A stretch of DNA of 64,000 bases, taken from an uncultured Actinomycetes bacterium (GTDB lineage: Bacteria > Actinomycetota > Thermoleophilia > Gaiellales > Gaiellaceae). Location: NCBI GenBank assembly GCA_963716865.1, contig CAVQUF010000002.1, forward strand, positions 86,316 through 150,315, given 5' to 3'. The stretch's first letter is position 1. Each line of letters opens with the position of its first letter. The position numbers and the translations under genes were made by a program. The notes under the pieces are model-generated. The model was not told where the DNA came from and ran no database searches. It was given only the letters and a program-made list of their open reading frames with translations. This document shows, one piece after another, positions 63,885 to 64,000 of this stretch.

Positions 63885-64000
63885 AGACCGCTAGCGCTCG
63901 GAACGCACTTCGAGGCGGAGGACGCGGCGGCCGCCCTGCTCCTGCGCGCGGATCGCCTTGGCGGCGGCCGCTGCGAGGTCGCGGCCCTCGACGTCCAGCT

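Noticed and set aside
63891-64000. An open minus-strand frame at the window edge, ending ...LDVEGRDLAAAAKAIRAQEQGGRRVLRLEVRSER-stop.
   Set aside because: Only about 36 codons are visible and there is no recognisable motif, so there is insufficient evidence to call a CDS.

Overview
This is a very GC-rich 64-kb window that looks Actinomycetota-like (the taxon is inference only). It is almost fully coding. I recognised no rRNA, tRNA, CRISPR array, transposase or integrase. All protein family calls rest on motifs read by eye from the ORF track; no searches were run.

The window is dominated by a cell-envelope glycan/exopolysaccharide super-locus:
- Sugar modification: DegT aminotransferase, CapD/WbpM-type dehydratase, two SDR epimerases, a sugar formyltransferase and a PIG-L deacetylase.
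- Assembly: two PglC/WbaP-type initiating sugar transferases, three GT2 and about five GT4/GT1-fold glycosyltransferases, one Wzx flippase, two O-antigen-ligase/Wzy-like proteins, one Wzz-like co-polymerase and an MprF-TM-like flippase-like protein.
- An unusual load of amide-forming enzymes: four ATP-grasp ligases in two paralogue pairs, a FemAB-like transferase, AsnB and AsnA.

Four things are embedded in this locus:
1. A tightly overlapped Sat-CysC-CysH-ComA operon (sulfate -> sulfite -> phosphosulfolactate). It is joined to a fumarase-type Fe-S hydro-lyase pair, a short FrdA/NadB-like flavoprotein and a TauE exporter. This is my top candidate for an undescribed pathway.
2. A roughly 5.9-kb, visibly lower-GC, cassette-like insert carrying a GNAT, a cupin, a hydrolase, TetR-MFS and an eIF-2B-like gene. 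It is bounded and punctuated by six copies of a GGTGACATTCCCGAACACTGG-type motif.
3. Three further non-coding repeat families:
   - family A, a 70-nt double-hairpin element with an invariant tail (4 copies);
   - family B, a 59-nt structured repeat (2 copies);
   - family C, an AT-rich palindrome AGTAACAGNCTGTTACT (5 copies, one of them inside a CDS).
4. Three genes interrupted by single frameshifts.

Most operon junctions are 4-nt stop/start overlaps (ATGA, GTGA, TTGA and two apparent CTGA).
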